Source: Dehalococcoidia bacterium
GTDB taxonomy: Bacteria > Chloroflexota > Dehalococcoidia > Bin125
DNA length: 64,000 bases
NCBI GenBank assembly: GCA_965203775.1
Contig: OZ241913.1
Coordinates: 3,242,653-3,306,652, forward strand
Reading direction: 5' to 3'
In this document: positions 56,154 through 64,000 of the stretch, in pieces
Layout of the letters: each line of letters starts with the position of its first letter
How positions within the stretch are numbered: the first letter of the stretch is position 1
Program-made: the position numbers and the translations under genes
The notes under the pieces: generated by a model
What the model saw: the letters and a program-made list of their open reading frames with translations, nothing else
What the model was told of the DNA's origin: nothing
The model's database searches: none

Positions 56154-57193
56154 TCGATCCTCCGTTTCGCGGGCGTGTCGGCGAGAAACTTGAGTAGTAC
56201 GCGGTTGGTGTGGTCGGGCGCTTCTTCGGGGAAGAAATGCCCAGCGCCGGGCGCGGGCTCGGCGCGAAGGTCGGGGAAGTACATGGGGAACTGGTCGAAG
56301 AAGGGGTTGCCGGCGGGGGTTACGCCGGGGCGCGAGCGCTTGGACGGGTCGCCGTACATCCAGAGGGTTGGGCCGGGGAATTGTTTGCCGCGGTCTTCGG
56401 GGCCGTAGTCCATGTACTCGCGGCCGTAGAGGTGCTGGTCGAGTCCTGTGCGCCAGACATGGCCGACTTCGGTCGCGGAGAGGCGATCGAAGCGCAGGCC
56501 GCCGCGGCGGCGTTTGTCGGCGATGATGCGGTGGAAGGGCAGCGCGTGGCGGTAGTAGGAGATGGCGGCGCGTTGGGTGTCGGGATCGCGGAAGGCGCGC
56601 TGGTAGGCGCGAATGTCGGCGTCGGTCGCCCAGCGGTTGGGCGCGAGTTGCCGCGAGGCGTAGCCCCACGGCGATTGCGGCGGGCCGGGCAGATCGACGC
56701 CGGGGTCGCCGCCGAAGATTTGTGCTATGAATTCCTTGTGGTAGCGGGCGAAGAAACGCTCGGGCAGCGGGCGCGCCTTGAACCAGAAACCGTGGATGGC
56801 CTGGGGCAGCCAGACGGTGCAGAGGGTGTCCATGAGCGCGGCGCGGGAGACGCGCTCGGGGTGGTCGATGATCAGTTTGAAGCCGATGATGCCGCCCCAG
56901 TCGTGGCCGACGACGGCGGCCTGCTCGATGTCGAGTTGGTCGAGCAGGCCGAGCATGTCGTCGGCGAGGAGCTTGCGGGAGTAGCGCCCGTGGGGCTTGT
57001 CGGATTTGCCGAAGCCGCGCGTGTCGGGGGCGATGACGCGGTAGCCGGCGTCGGCCAGCGCGGGGATTTGGTTGCGCCATTCGTAGCTGGTCTCGGGGAA
57101 GCCGTGGATAAGCAGGACGGGGTCGCCGTTGCGCGGTCCGGCGGTGAGGGCGTGCAGTCGGATGCCGTTGCTGTGGATGTAGCGGCTGGCCAT
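56150..57193 (-). CDS. Alpha/beta-fold hydrolase, epoxide-hydrolase/haloalkane-dehalogenase-like
   Basis: LIHGFPETSYEWRNQIPALADAGYRVIAPDTRGFGKSD and nucleophile context VVGHDWGG. Confidence 0.8.
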   Translation of the reverse strand: MASRYIHSNGIRLHALTAGPRNGDPVLLIHGFPETSYEWRNQIPALADAGYRVIAPDTRGFGKSDKPHGRYSRKLLADDMLGLLDQLDIEQAAVVGHDWGGIIGFKLIIDHPERVSRAALMDTLCTVWLPQAIHGFWFKARPLPERFFARYHKEFIAQIFGGDPGVDLPGPPQSPWGYASRQLAPNRWATDADIRAYQRAFRDPDTQRAAISYYRHALPFHRIIADKRRRGGLRFDRLSATEVGHVWRTGLDQHLYGREYMDYGPEDRGKQFPGPTLWMYGDPSKRSRPGVTPAGNPFFDQFPMYFPDLRAEPAPGAGHFFPEEAPDHTNRVLLKFLADTPAKRRIE

Positions 57194-57243
57194 GGCGTGC
57201 TCCGTTGGCTGGTTGCGGGGTGCTCGCAGGGTAGCAGGTTGGG

Positions 57244-60174
57244 TCAGTCGCAGTAGGCGTAGTCTTCGATGACCGGCCCGCCCTGATCGGCGCTGATGGC
57301 TGCCGTGACTTCGATTTCGGCGCGCAGATCCGCATCCAACGCGGCGGGTATGTCGACGAATACGGCCTGCTCAAGGTCGTTGCCCTGCGGTTCATAGACT
57401 TTCCACCAACTGATGCCGTCGGCGCGGAGGGTGACGGCGTAATTGGTCGCTTCGGCGATTGAGGGCCAGGAGACGATGATGTCGGAATCTCGGCGTTGCA
57501 GCGTGGGGTGGATTGCGTCGGGCAGGGTTCGGGCGATGTGGGATTCGGTCCAGTCGAGCTGGTTGGGTTGGGCGAGGTCGTCGGCGCCGAAATAGGTTGC
57601 AAGCTGGACCTCGTACTCGGTGTTCGGAGCGAGACCGTCCAAGGTCCACTTGGATGAGCCGCCTGTGCAGTTGATCGGTCTTATGCCGTCTGTGGTGCGA
57701 TAGCGCCATACCTGTGTGCCGATTTCGCGCCAGCGGACAACGAACGAGCGCAAGTGGCGGCTTTGCTCCCACCGAAAATCTCCGTTGTAGCGATTCCAGC
57801 GCAGCAGAAGCGAGTTGCTCTGAACGTAGAAGCGACTCAGCGCCAATGGAGGCCATCGTCGATGCCAGCTCTCCGCGCGGCTGATCGGTTCACCGTTATC
57901 GTCGCGGAAGTCGAGGATGGTGTAGCGAATTCCATCCCGATCCGTACGCCCGCGTGCGTCGGTGACCGTCACCACGGCACGGACTTCGGTCCGGATCTCG
58001 CGTTGCATGTCCCCGGTTTCGCAGTGGACCTCCAGTAGCCCTTCATGATCGCTCGTCACGGTCGCTAGACCACCGTCGACCTGAATGGTGTATGGCGCAG
58101 CGCCGCCCTGGATGCGCCAAGAAACAAGCGCGGGAACGCCGCCGACCCGGTCACAGGTCAACATATCGTGGTGAACTGGATCGTCATATGTGCTGCTCAC
58201 GTATATGATCGGGCCAGCGGATTGCGAGAAAGTCTGGGAGGTCGCGCGGCCCTCGCCGAGCGAATCACTGTATGAGGCGACTTGGATTTCGTATTCGCCG
58301 CTGTCAGCGGGAATCGGAAACTCGGCGCTGGTCGCCATCCCAACATCGAGCATTCGAACCTGCTCGCCGGTTCGATGCAGGTACACTCGGAAGCCGTCGA
58401 TCAGGCCGCGAAGGAGATCGTGAGCATCGGAGAAGTACCCCGGCGGACTTGCCGGCGGCAGCGGCCAGGATGCGATTAACACTCCTTGCTGCTCCCGCAC
58501 GTAGAGCGACTCGGGCGGTGGCGGCTTCGCGGATACTCGCAACGCCGACGACCACCGCGACCAGGGACCAAGTTCGCCACGGCGGAGGCGCAATTGGAAC
58601 GGGTAAGGACCGGGATCGGCGGTCCAAATCACGATCGGCGGTTGTTCAGCTGATTGCGTCATCGCGTGGCCATCGCGCAGCCAGCGGACCTGGACGATTT
58701 TGCCTCTGTGCTCAGTGTCCCAGGTGACGACGAACTTGTAGCCGCGACTACGCTCGCCGTAGTCTGGGTAGCGATGCTCCACATGCCAGTCGGGCAGCGT
58801 CATGTACTCGTCGATGCTCTCGGACTCGGTTGATCGCGGCTCCACGATCACTCGCGTCTCTTCGTCCTCGATGCCGAGATGGCGCACGAACACCTCGTAG
58901 GTGGTGTCCCGCGGCAGTCTCACCACATAGCTTGGCCCTCCACCGCCCCCCACCGGCGTGATCGGATCGGGGCGAGGCGTGCCATACTCGTGCGCGATCA
59001 CCTCGTACGCTCGTTCTTCGCCTTCGAGTGGCGGGTCCCAGGCCACGACGAATCCGACGCCGCCTGGATGCGCGGTCGCCCGAACGTTTTGGGGACGGCG
59101 AGGTTCCCTCGACCAGCCCGGCGGCGCGGGTGCGGTGCGCACCGAAAGGCGTCGCGTCGAAGCGCACAACTCATCATCCCAGCCGTAGCTATCGCAGTTG
59201 TCATCGAGCGCGACTCGGACGCTGTAGAGGGTATCGGGCAACAGTCCGTCGTAGCTCACCTCATAGGGCAGCGCAGGTCCGGCAGTCTTCTGTGACCACT
59301 CCGACCGATCCCAGGCTCCATGGCGCCGGTCGTAGTCTCGATCCCGGCGACCCACGGGGCTCACACTAGCCTTCCAGGCCAATCCCTCGGTGGTTGGGCC
59401 CCATGAGACAGTAATGGTATCGTGCGTCGCACGAGCGGTCAGATCGGTTGGCGGCGAGGCTGTCGTCGCGTACGCCGTTTCGCTCCAATTGAGTAGATTA
59501 AGCGTCGCAGATTCGGCCAAAGATCGCACCTGGGCGACCTCGACGGCCACGCGCGCGCCGATCATTTCGGTCTCGTGGTACAGCAAATAATCGGGCCCAC
59601 TCGAGCCGGGCAGCGCGGTGTCGGTATGGTAGTTCCAGACTGTGCTTCCCTGCGCACGCCAGCGAATGAGATAACGGCGAACCTGGTTCACACCGACGCC
59701 GTGTGCATGTGCGGTGATCAGCGTGCGGTAGGTCCACCCGGGGATCGGCCCTGCATCCACTGTAGGCGCCGGGAGCGGCGGGGCGCGGTTGAGAGTGAGA
59801 GCGTGAGCCGCTTCGGATCCGGCGGCGTCGAGGATGGTCAGATCGATGTTGAGCGGCGGCGGCTGGACAATGCCGCGCAGCCAGGCGGGAATGTCGTAGG
59901 CGGGGCCGCAGGGGGCTGGGGCGCTGTTGGACGATGCGTCTACGGGCTCGCCGTTGAGCGTTGCCTGGTAGGGTTCGGCGCCGCCGCTGATTTGCCAGTG
60001 GACTTGCATCATTGAGCCGGCGGTGCAGACTGACGCATCGGCGTGGAACGTTACTTCCAATGGGGTGGGCGGGCTTTCGGCGGCGTCGGGTTCGTCGGCA
60101 TGCGCGACGGTCCAGCCGGCCGCAAGGGCGGCGAACAGCGCGCAGCACAGGCCGAGCGCGAGTGGAAGTCTCAT
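57244..60174 (-). CDS. Large secreted protein with multiple fibronectin-III-like repeats, paralog 1
   Basis: Start moved to MRLPLALGLCCALFAALAAGWTVAHA (signal peptide). Recurrent ...RWR..G...W.Y... strands. Confidence 0.6.
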   Translation of the reverse strand: MRLPLALGLCCALFAALAAGWTVAHADEPDAAESPPTPLEVTFHADASVCTAGSMMQVHWQISGGAEPYQATLNGEPVDASSNSAPAPCGPAYDIPAWLRGIVQPPPLNIDLTILDAAGSEAAHALTLNRAPPLPAPTVDAGPIPGWTYRTLITAHAHGVGVNQVRRYLIRWRAQGSTVWNYHTDTALPGSSGPDYLLYHETEMIGARVAVEVAQVRSLAESATLNLLNWSETAYATTASPPTDLTARATHDTITVSWGPTTEGLAWKASVSPVGRRDRDYDRRHGAWDRSEWSQKTAGPALPYEVSYDGLLPDTLYSVRVALDDNCDSYGWDDELCASTRRLSVRTAPAPPGWSREPRRPQNVRATAHPGGVGFVVAWDPPLEGEERAYEVIAHEYGTPRPDPITPVGGGGGPSYVVRLPRDTTYEVFVRHLGIEDEETRVIVEPRSTESESIDEYMTLPDWHVEHRYPDYGERSRGYKFVVTWDTEHRGKIVQVRWLRDGHAMTQSAEQPPIVIWTADPGPYPFQLRLRRGELGPWSRWSSALRVSAKPPPPESLYVREQQGVLIASWPLPPASPPGYFSDAHDLLRGLIDGFRVYLHRTGEQVRMLDVGMATSAEFPIPADSGEYEIQVASYSDSLGEGRATSQTFSQSAGPIIYVSSTYDDPVHHDMLTCDRVGGVPALVSWRIQGGAAPYTIQVDGGLATVTSDHEGLLEVHCETGDMQREIRTEVRAVVTVTDARGRTDRDGIRYTILDFRDDNGEPISRAESWHRRWPPLALSRFYVQSNSLLLRWNRYNGDFRWEQSRHLRSFVVRWREIGTQVWRYRTTDGIRPINCTGGSSKWTLDGLAPNTEYEVQLATYFGADDLAQPNQLDWTESHIARTLPDAIHPTLQRRDSDIIVSWPSIAEATNYAVTLRADGISWWKVYEPQGNDLEQAVFVDIPAALDADLRAEIEVTAAISADQGGPVIEDYAYCD

Positions 60175-60248
60175 CGCTGCGCCTCCGTTTCGAGCGTCTC
60201 GCCTGCAAGACGCCGGAGCGGCGCTGATTGTTCCCTCGGCGCGCGCGG

Positions 60249-61229
60249 CTAGAGGAGGGCGGGCAGGACTTCCTCGGTGACGCGGCGGTACTGGCCCTGC
60301 TGGTCGGCGCTGCAGAGGCGGAGGGTGATGGTGGTCGCGCCGGCGGCGATGTATTCGCGGATGTCGGCGGCGCACTGCTCAGGCGAGCCCATGGCGGCCC
60401 AGAGATTGAGCTGCGCCTCGCTGTAGTCGGTGGTGTAGTAGGCGTCGAGGTAGCGCTTGGTTTCGGCCAGCGCGGCGCTGCGATCCTCGTTGACGTTGAT
60501 GTTGTAGTAGACGGCGGTTTCGAAGTTGTCGGGCAGTTCGCGGCCCGCTTCGGCGGCGTAGCGGCCGATCTCGGCGCGGTACTCGCGGACGATTTCGGGC
60601 GGCTGGAAGGTGGTCATCCAGCCGTCGCCGAGGCGGGCGACGCGGCTGAGTCCGTTGCGACGGTTGCGGCTGAGGTGCGGCGCGGGGTTGGAGGTGATCC
60701 AGATGGGGATGGGGCGCTGCACGGAGCGGGGCTCGATCGTAACACCTTCGAAGTCGTTGTGCTCGCCGTGGTAGGAGACATCGTCTTCGCTGGTGAGCAG
60801 GCGCAGGATTTCGACGGCCTCCTCCATTCGCTTCATGCGCGACTCGGTGGGGACGCAGAAGGCGGCGAATTCGTCGTCCATATCGCCGCCGCCGGCGCCG
60901 GGCGCGCCCATGCAGGCGACGAAGATGGAGCGGCCGCCGCTGAGCAGGTCGAGCGAGGCCCACTGGTAGGCGAGCAGCAGGGCGGGGCGCAGCGGGGTGC
61001 TGGCGAAGCAGGCGGGGCCGATGCGCACGCGGTCGGTCTGCACGGCCAGCGCGGACATCAGGCCGAGCGCGTCGAGGCGCGGCTTGGCGAGCAGCGAGTC
61101 GCCGACCCAGATGCTGTCCCAGGCCTGGTCGGCGTCGGCCAGCCGGGCGAGGGTGAGCATGTCCTCGATGGTGCTCGAGCCGGTCACAACGCCGCGGTTG
61201 GAGAGGGTGAGTCCGAATTTGGTCGCCAT
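60249..61229 (-). CDS. LLM-class (luciferase-like) flavin/F420-dependent oxidoreductase
   Basis: MATKFGLTLSNRG...WVGDSLLAKPRLD...IWITSNP pattern. Confidence 0.7.
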   Translation of the reverse strand: MATKFGLTLSNRGVVTGSSTIEDMLTLARLADADQAWDSIWVGDSLLAKPRLDALGLMSALAVQTDRVRIGPACFASTPLRPALLLAYQWASLDLLSGGRSIFVACMGAPGAGGGDMDDEFAAFCVPTESRMKRMEEAVEILRLLTSEDDVSYHGEHNDFEGVTIEPRSVQRPIPIWITSNPAPHLSRNRRNGLSRVARLGDGWMTTFQPPEIVREYRAEIGRYAAEAGRELPDNFETAVYYNINVNEDRSAALAETKRYLDAYYTTDYSEAQLNLWAAMGSPEQCAADIREYIAAGATTITLRLCSADQQGQYRRVTEEVLPALL

Positions 61230-61305
61230 TGCGCGCCTCCGATCGTGTGCAGTGCAGGATAGCGGTTGTCAGCCGCCGATGCAGCGGTGTGAGCTATGGT
61301 CAATG

Positions 61306-64000
61306 TCATTCGCCGAACGGCCCGGCGAATGCGAAGCCCGGCGTGAGTATCTCTTCACCGTTGGAGAGCGGGGGAGTGATGATCTCGACGTCGTATTCGA
61401 CATCCGCGGGCAAGCCTCTGAAGAGCGCTCGCTCAAACACATCGCCGCTCGGTTCGCGCCAGGTCCACCACGACGCGCCCGCGGCGCGCAGGACGATCTG
61501 GTACGCCCATGCGTCGGGTTGCGAACGCCAGGAGACGGCCACGCCGCCATCTTCGGCGGCGAGGCGAACATCGGTCGATGGCCCAAGCGTCGTCACAGTC
61601 TCGGTGGGAGTCCATTCAAGCGTCTCGGGAGATTCGAGCTGCGCGGGGTGGGCATAGACGGCGAGCTGAAACTCATAGCGCGTCGACGGCTCGAGGTCCG
61701 GCCACCGGCCGCGGCATACCCAATCAGGGTCGCTGCGCCACGGCACGAACTTCTCTTGTGCCATATAGCGCCACTCCTCCTCCGCGCGAGCACGCCAGCG
61801 GATGGCGGTCTTCTGGTTCCAGCGAGTGCAATCCCAGCTGAGCCAGATGTGGAAGCGGTGAACGCTGCGCAGATACAAGCCGCCCCACGGCTGGCCGGGC
61901 ATCCGGTCAAGCCGATCGTCGCCGGCGTACACGATCCTCGTAGCGCCGGCGGCTGTGCGGCCGTAGTAGTCTGCCAGCTCCGCGCGTACTACGTGCGTAT
62001 CGGGCTGGGACGGAACGACATCGGGCCGGCATCTGATCTCCGTCGTCCCGCGCCGCTCAATCGTTTCGAAAGCAGCGTCGCCATCGATGGCGAGCAGAAA
62101 CGGCGCGGCGCCCCCCGTGATCTCCCAGGACACGCTTGTTTTAATTCCTGCTTGGGGCAGGCAGCGGGGATGCCAGTACGTCGTGTGTGCGAGTTCGAGG
62201 ATTGGCGGCTCGCCTTGGCGATATTCGGCGGTGTACGAGCGCGGACCTTCACCGCCCTCGCGACTCCAGGCGGTTACCGAGACCGAGTACTCTGTTTCGC
62301 CCGGATCGATCGGATGCAAGATCGATGTTGCCTTCCCTGCGTCGATCACTTCTTCGACGCCGTTCGGGCAGCAGATGTACACGCGATAGCCGTCAACTGG
62401 GAGTGTAATCCACGGTGAGAGCCAGTTGACAACCAGGTGGCCGCTTCGCTCGTCGAGTCTCACAGCAGCAGGCCAACCCGGTACGAGGGATATCCGAACC
62501 GCTTCCGACCACGGCGACCAAACGCCTTCGTTCAGATAGCGGACGCGAAATGAGGGAGACTCTTCCGTTTTGATCCCGACGAATTGGGAATGCACTTCGT
62601 CCGCCGCCACTTGCCAGCGCATTGTCCGGTCTCGCACAGTCCATTCGAGCTCGGCGCGCTGCGCCTCGACGGTTTCGTCCCAAACGAGACTGAAGAACTC
62701 CAATCCTTCGTGGTCGGATGATTCTGGAAACCCTGGCGGTATCCCGGGCCTGCCGCTGTGCCGGACATCGGGCGGAGGCGGAGGAGCGCCGGCGGTCGCT
62801 CCCCCGTCGGCGGGATAGGGGACGTAGACGACGCGCTCAACGACCGCCGGCGGAATTGATCTGTGAGCGACGCGAATCCGATAGGTGCCTCCCGCGGGCG
62901 ACTGCATCGAGAAGATGGCTTGGCGCTCTCTTGCGGCGACGGAATGGCAGGTGTAGGGATAGAGCGGCCTGTCATCAGGCCTCTGGCAGACCGAGTAGCC
63001 CAGCTCGGGACCCACGAGGGGCGGCTCCCACATGATCCGCAAGCCCTCGTCCACCGAAACCGCGTTCACGCTCTGCGGAAGCCGTGGCTTTGGTGTCCAA
63101 TCCGGCGGCGCCGGTTCCGTACGCACCTCGAACCACCGCGGCGGTGCTACTTTCCCTTCAGCGAATCCGACATGAACTCGATACCAGGTGTCGGGCAGCA
63201 GGCCGTCGAAGTGCGCCGCGCAAGGACACGTTGCTGCGGCATCGATGCTCCAAGAATCCCACGCGTGGTAGTCGGAGCCGCCGGCCGACAGCGCGGCGAT
63301 GTAATGCGTTCCCGGCGAATTTGGCCCCCAGGAGAGCGTGATCGTATCGTGCGTCGTTTTCGCGACGATGCTGCGCGGCGGCGGCGCGGCGGAGATCAGC
63401 TGCGGCGGCGACCAGCTGAGCGCGTGCGGCGACTCGCGCTCGATGCCGCGGCGCAGATGCGCGAGTTGGATTTCGAGCACGCGGTCGATCAGCGATTTAT
63501 CGACCGACCACTTGTGGAGCTGCTCGGACTCGAAGCGCTCGACCGGCGCCGGCGCCTCGTAGGCCCAACGGTCGGCGCCCTGCACGCGCCAGCGCAGCAG
63601 CATGTAGCGAGCAGCGGGTTGCCATGGCGGCGTTCCGGCGCGCCAGCGCGTCCTGATCTGTGGATCGCCGAACTCGAACTGCACCGGTACCGGTGTGTGG
63701 AGCCAGACCAGAAAGCTCCGCGATTGCGCGTCGGTGGGCGGGTCGAGCGCGGCGGCGAGTGTCAGCCGCGCCGATGCCGTGGCCGCCGCGCCCAGCGAGT
63801 CGGTCGCCACGGCGGTGACGTGGCGCTGGCGACCGATGCCCAGCAGCCATTCGAGGCCGTCGTCGACCATTGCACCGCAGGGCGCGAGCGCGTGCGGCGC
63901 GGCGGCGGCAACCTCTTCGCCGTTGATCGTGAGGGCGTAGGGCGGCGTCCCTCCGCTGATGATCCAGGAAACCTGAGTCAGCGTGCCGGCGGTGCAGAGT
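61306..64000 (-). CDS. Large secreted fibronectin-III-like repeat protein, paralog 2 (5' end outside the window)
   Basis: The frame stays open upstream of the track Met (63870) to the window edge. LCTAGTLTQVSWIISGGTPPYALTINGEEV aligns with CTAGSMMQVHWQISGGAEPYQATLNGEPV of paralog 1. Confidence 0.6.
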   Translation of the reverse strand, partial: LCTAGTLTQVSWIISGGTPPYALTINGEEVAAAAPHALAPCGAMVDDGLEWLLGIGRQRHVTAVATDSLGAAATASARLTLAAALDPPTDAQSRSFLVWLHTPVPVQFEFGDPQIRTRWRAGTPPWQPAARYMLLRWRVQGADRWAYEAPAPVERFESEQLHKWSVDKSLIDRVLEIQLAHLRRGIERESPHALSWSPPQLISAAPPPRSIVAKTTHDTITLSWGPNSPGTHYIAALSAGGSDYHAWDSWSIDAAATCPCAAHFDGLLPDTWYRVHVGFAEGKVAPPRWFEVRTEPAPPDWTPKPRLPQSVNAVSVDEGLRIMWEPPLVGPELGYSVCQRPDDRPLYPYTCHSVAARERQAIFSMQSPAGGTYRIRVAHRSIPPAVVERVVYVPYPADGGATAGAPPPPPDVRHSGRPGIPPGFPESSDHEGLEFFSLVWDETVEAQRAELEWTVRDRTMRWQVAADEVHSQFVGIKTEESPSFRVRYLNEGVWSPWSEAVRISLVPGWPAAVRLDERSGHLVVNWLSPWITLPVDGYRVYICCPNGVEEVIDAGKATSILHPIDPGETEYSVSVTAWSREGGEGPRSYTAEYRQGEPPILELAHTTYWHPRCLPQAGIKTSVSWEITGGAAPFLLAIDGDAAFETIERRGTTEIRCRPDVVPSQPDTHVVRAELADYYGRTAAGATRIVYAGDDRLDRMPGQPWGGLYLRSVHRFHIWLSWDCTRWNQKTAIRWRARAEEEWRYMAQEKFVPWRSDPDWVCRGRWPDLEPSTRYEFQLAVYAHPAQLESPETLEWTPTETVTTLGPSTDVRLAAEDGGVAVSWRSQPDAWAYQIVLRAAGASWWTWREPSGDVFERALFRGLPADVEYDVEIITPPLSNGEEILTPGFAFAGPFGE

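Overview
High-GC bacterial chromosomal window, densely packed with genes. The taxon cannot be assigned without a search. The unlinked 23S rRNA gene and the REP-like hairpin repeats are reminiscent of Chloroflexota-type genomes, but that is only a guess. Housekeeping content: isovaleryl-CoA-dehydrogenase-like ACAD, MFS exporter, TcuA-like flavoprotein, AlkD-like protein, acyl-CoA carboxyltransferase, AddAB-type helicase-nuclease pair, amt-glnK, F420-type nitroreductase-family protein, a 23S rRNA gene followed by initiator tRNA-fMet (no 16S or 5S), DUF169, a PBP1-type binding protein, two tandem family-III CoA-transferases, deoxyinosine glycosylase, panE, solA, and an LLM oxidoreductase. Accessory and unusual content: (1) four tandem structured sRNA-like units, each with its own promoter (4.3-5.1 kb). 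(2) A UGSC-type selenoprotein gene that the ORF track splits at an in-frame TGA, with a SECIS-like hairpin. (3) Two paralogous secreted RCC1-repeat genes, each with the signal-peptide region interrupted by a 15-16 nt poly-G tract that is out of frame in this assembly. (4) Large arrays built from two hairpin repeat families, one copy carrying an IS30 insertion with a 3-bp target duplication. (5) An AddA homologue fused to a degenerate J-domain and a charged coiled coil. (6) A conflict-system island at about 38.8-56.2 kb. It holds two orphan HigA-like genes, two paralogous membrane-protein + pentapeptide-repeat modules, a deoxyribosyltransferase-like/coiled-coil gene bracketed by inverted palindromes, two MmeI-like single-chain restriction-modification candidates, three tandem pairs of small protein + retropepsin-like aspartic protease, and a RelE/ParE toxin preceded by a 321-aa partner. 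The best candidates for undescribed systems are the sRNA array, the membrane-PRP-type IIG string, and the triplicated retropepsin pairs. All functional calls come from motif recognition by eye. No database search was run.
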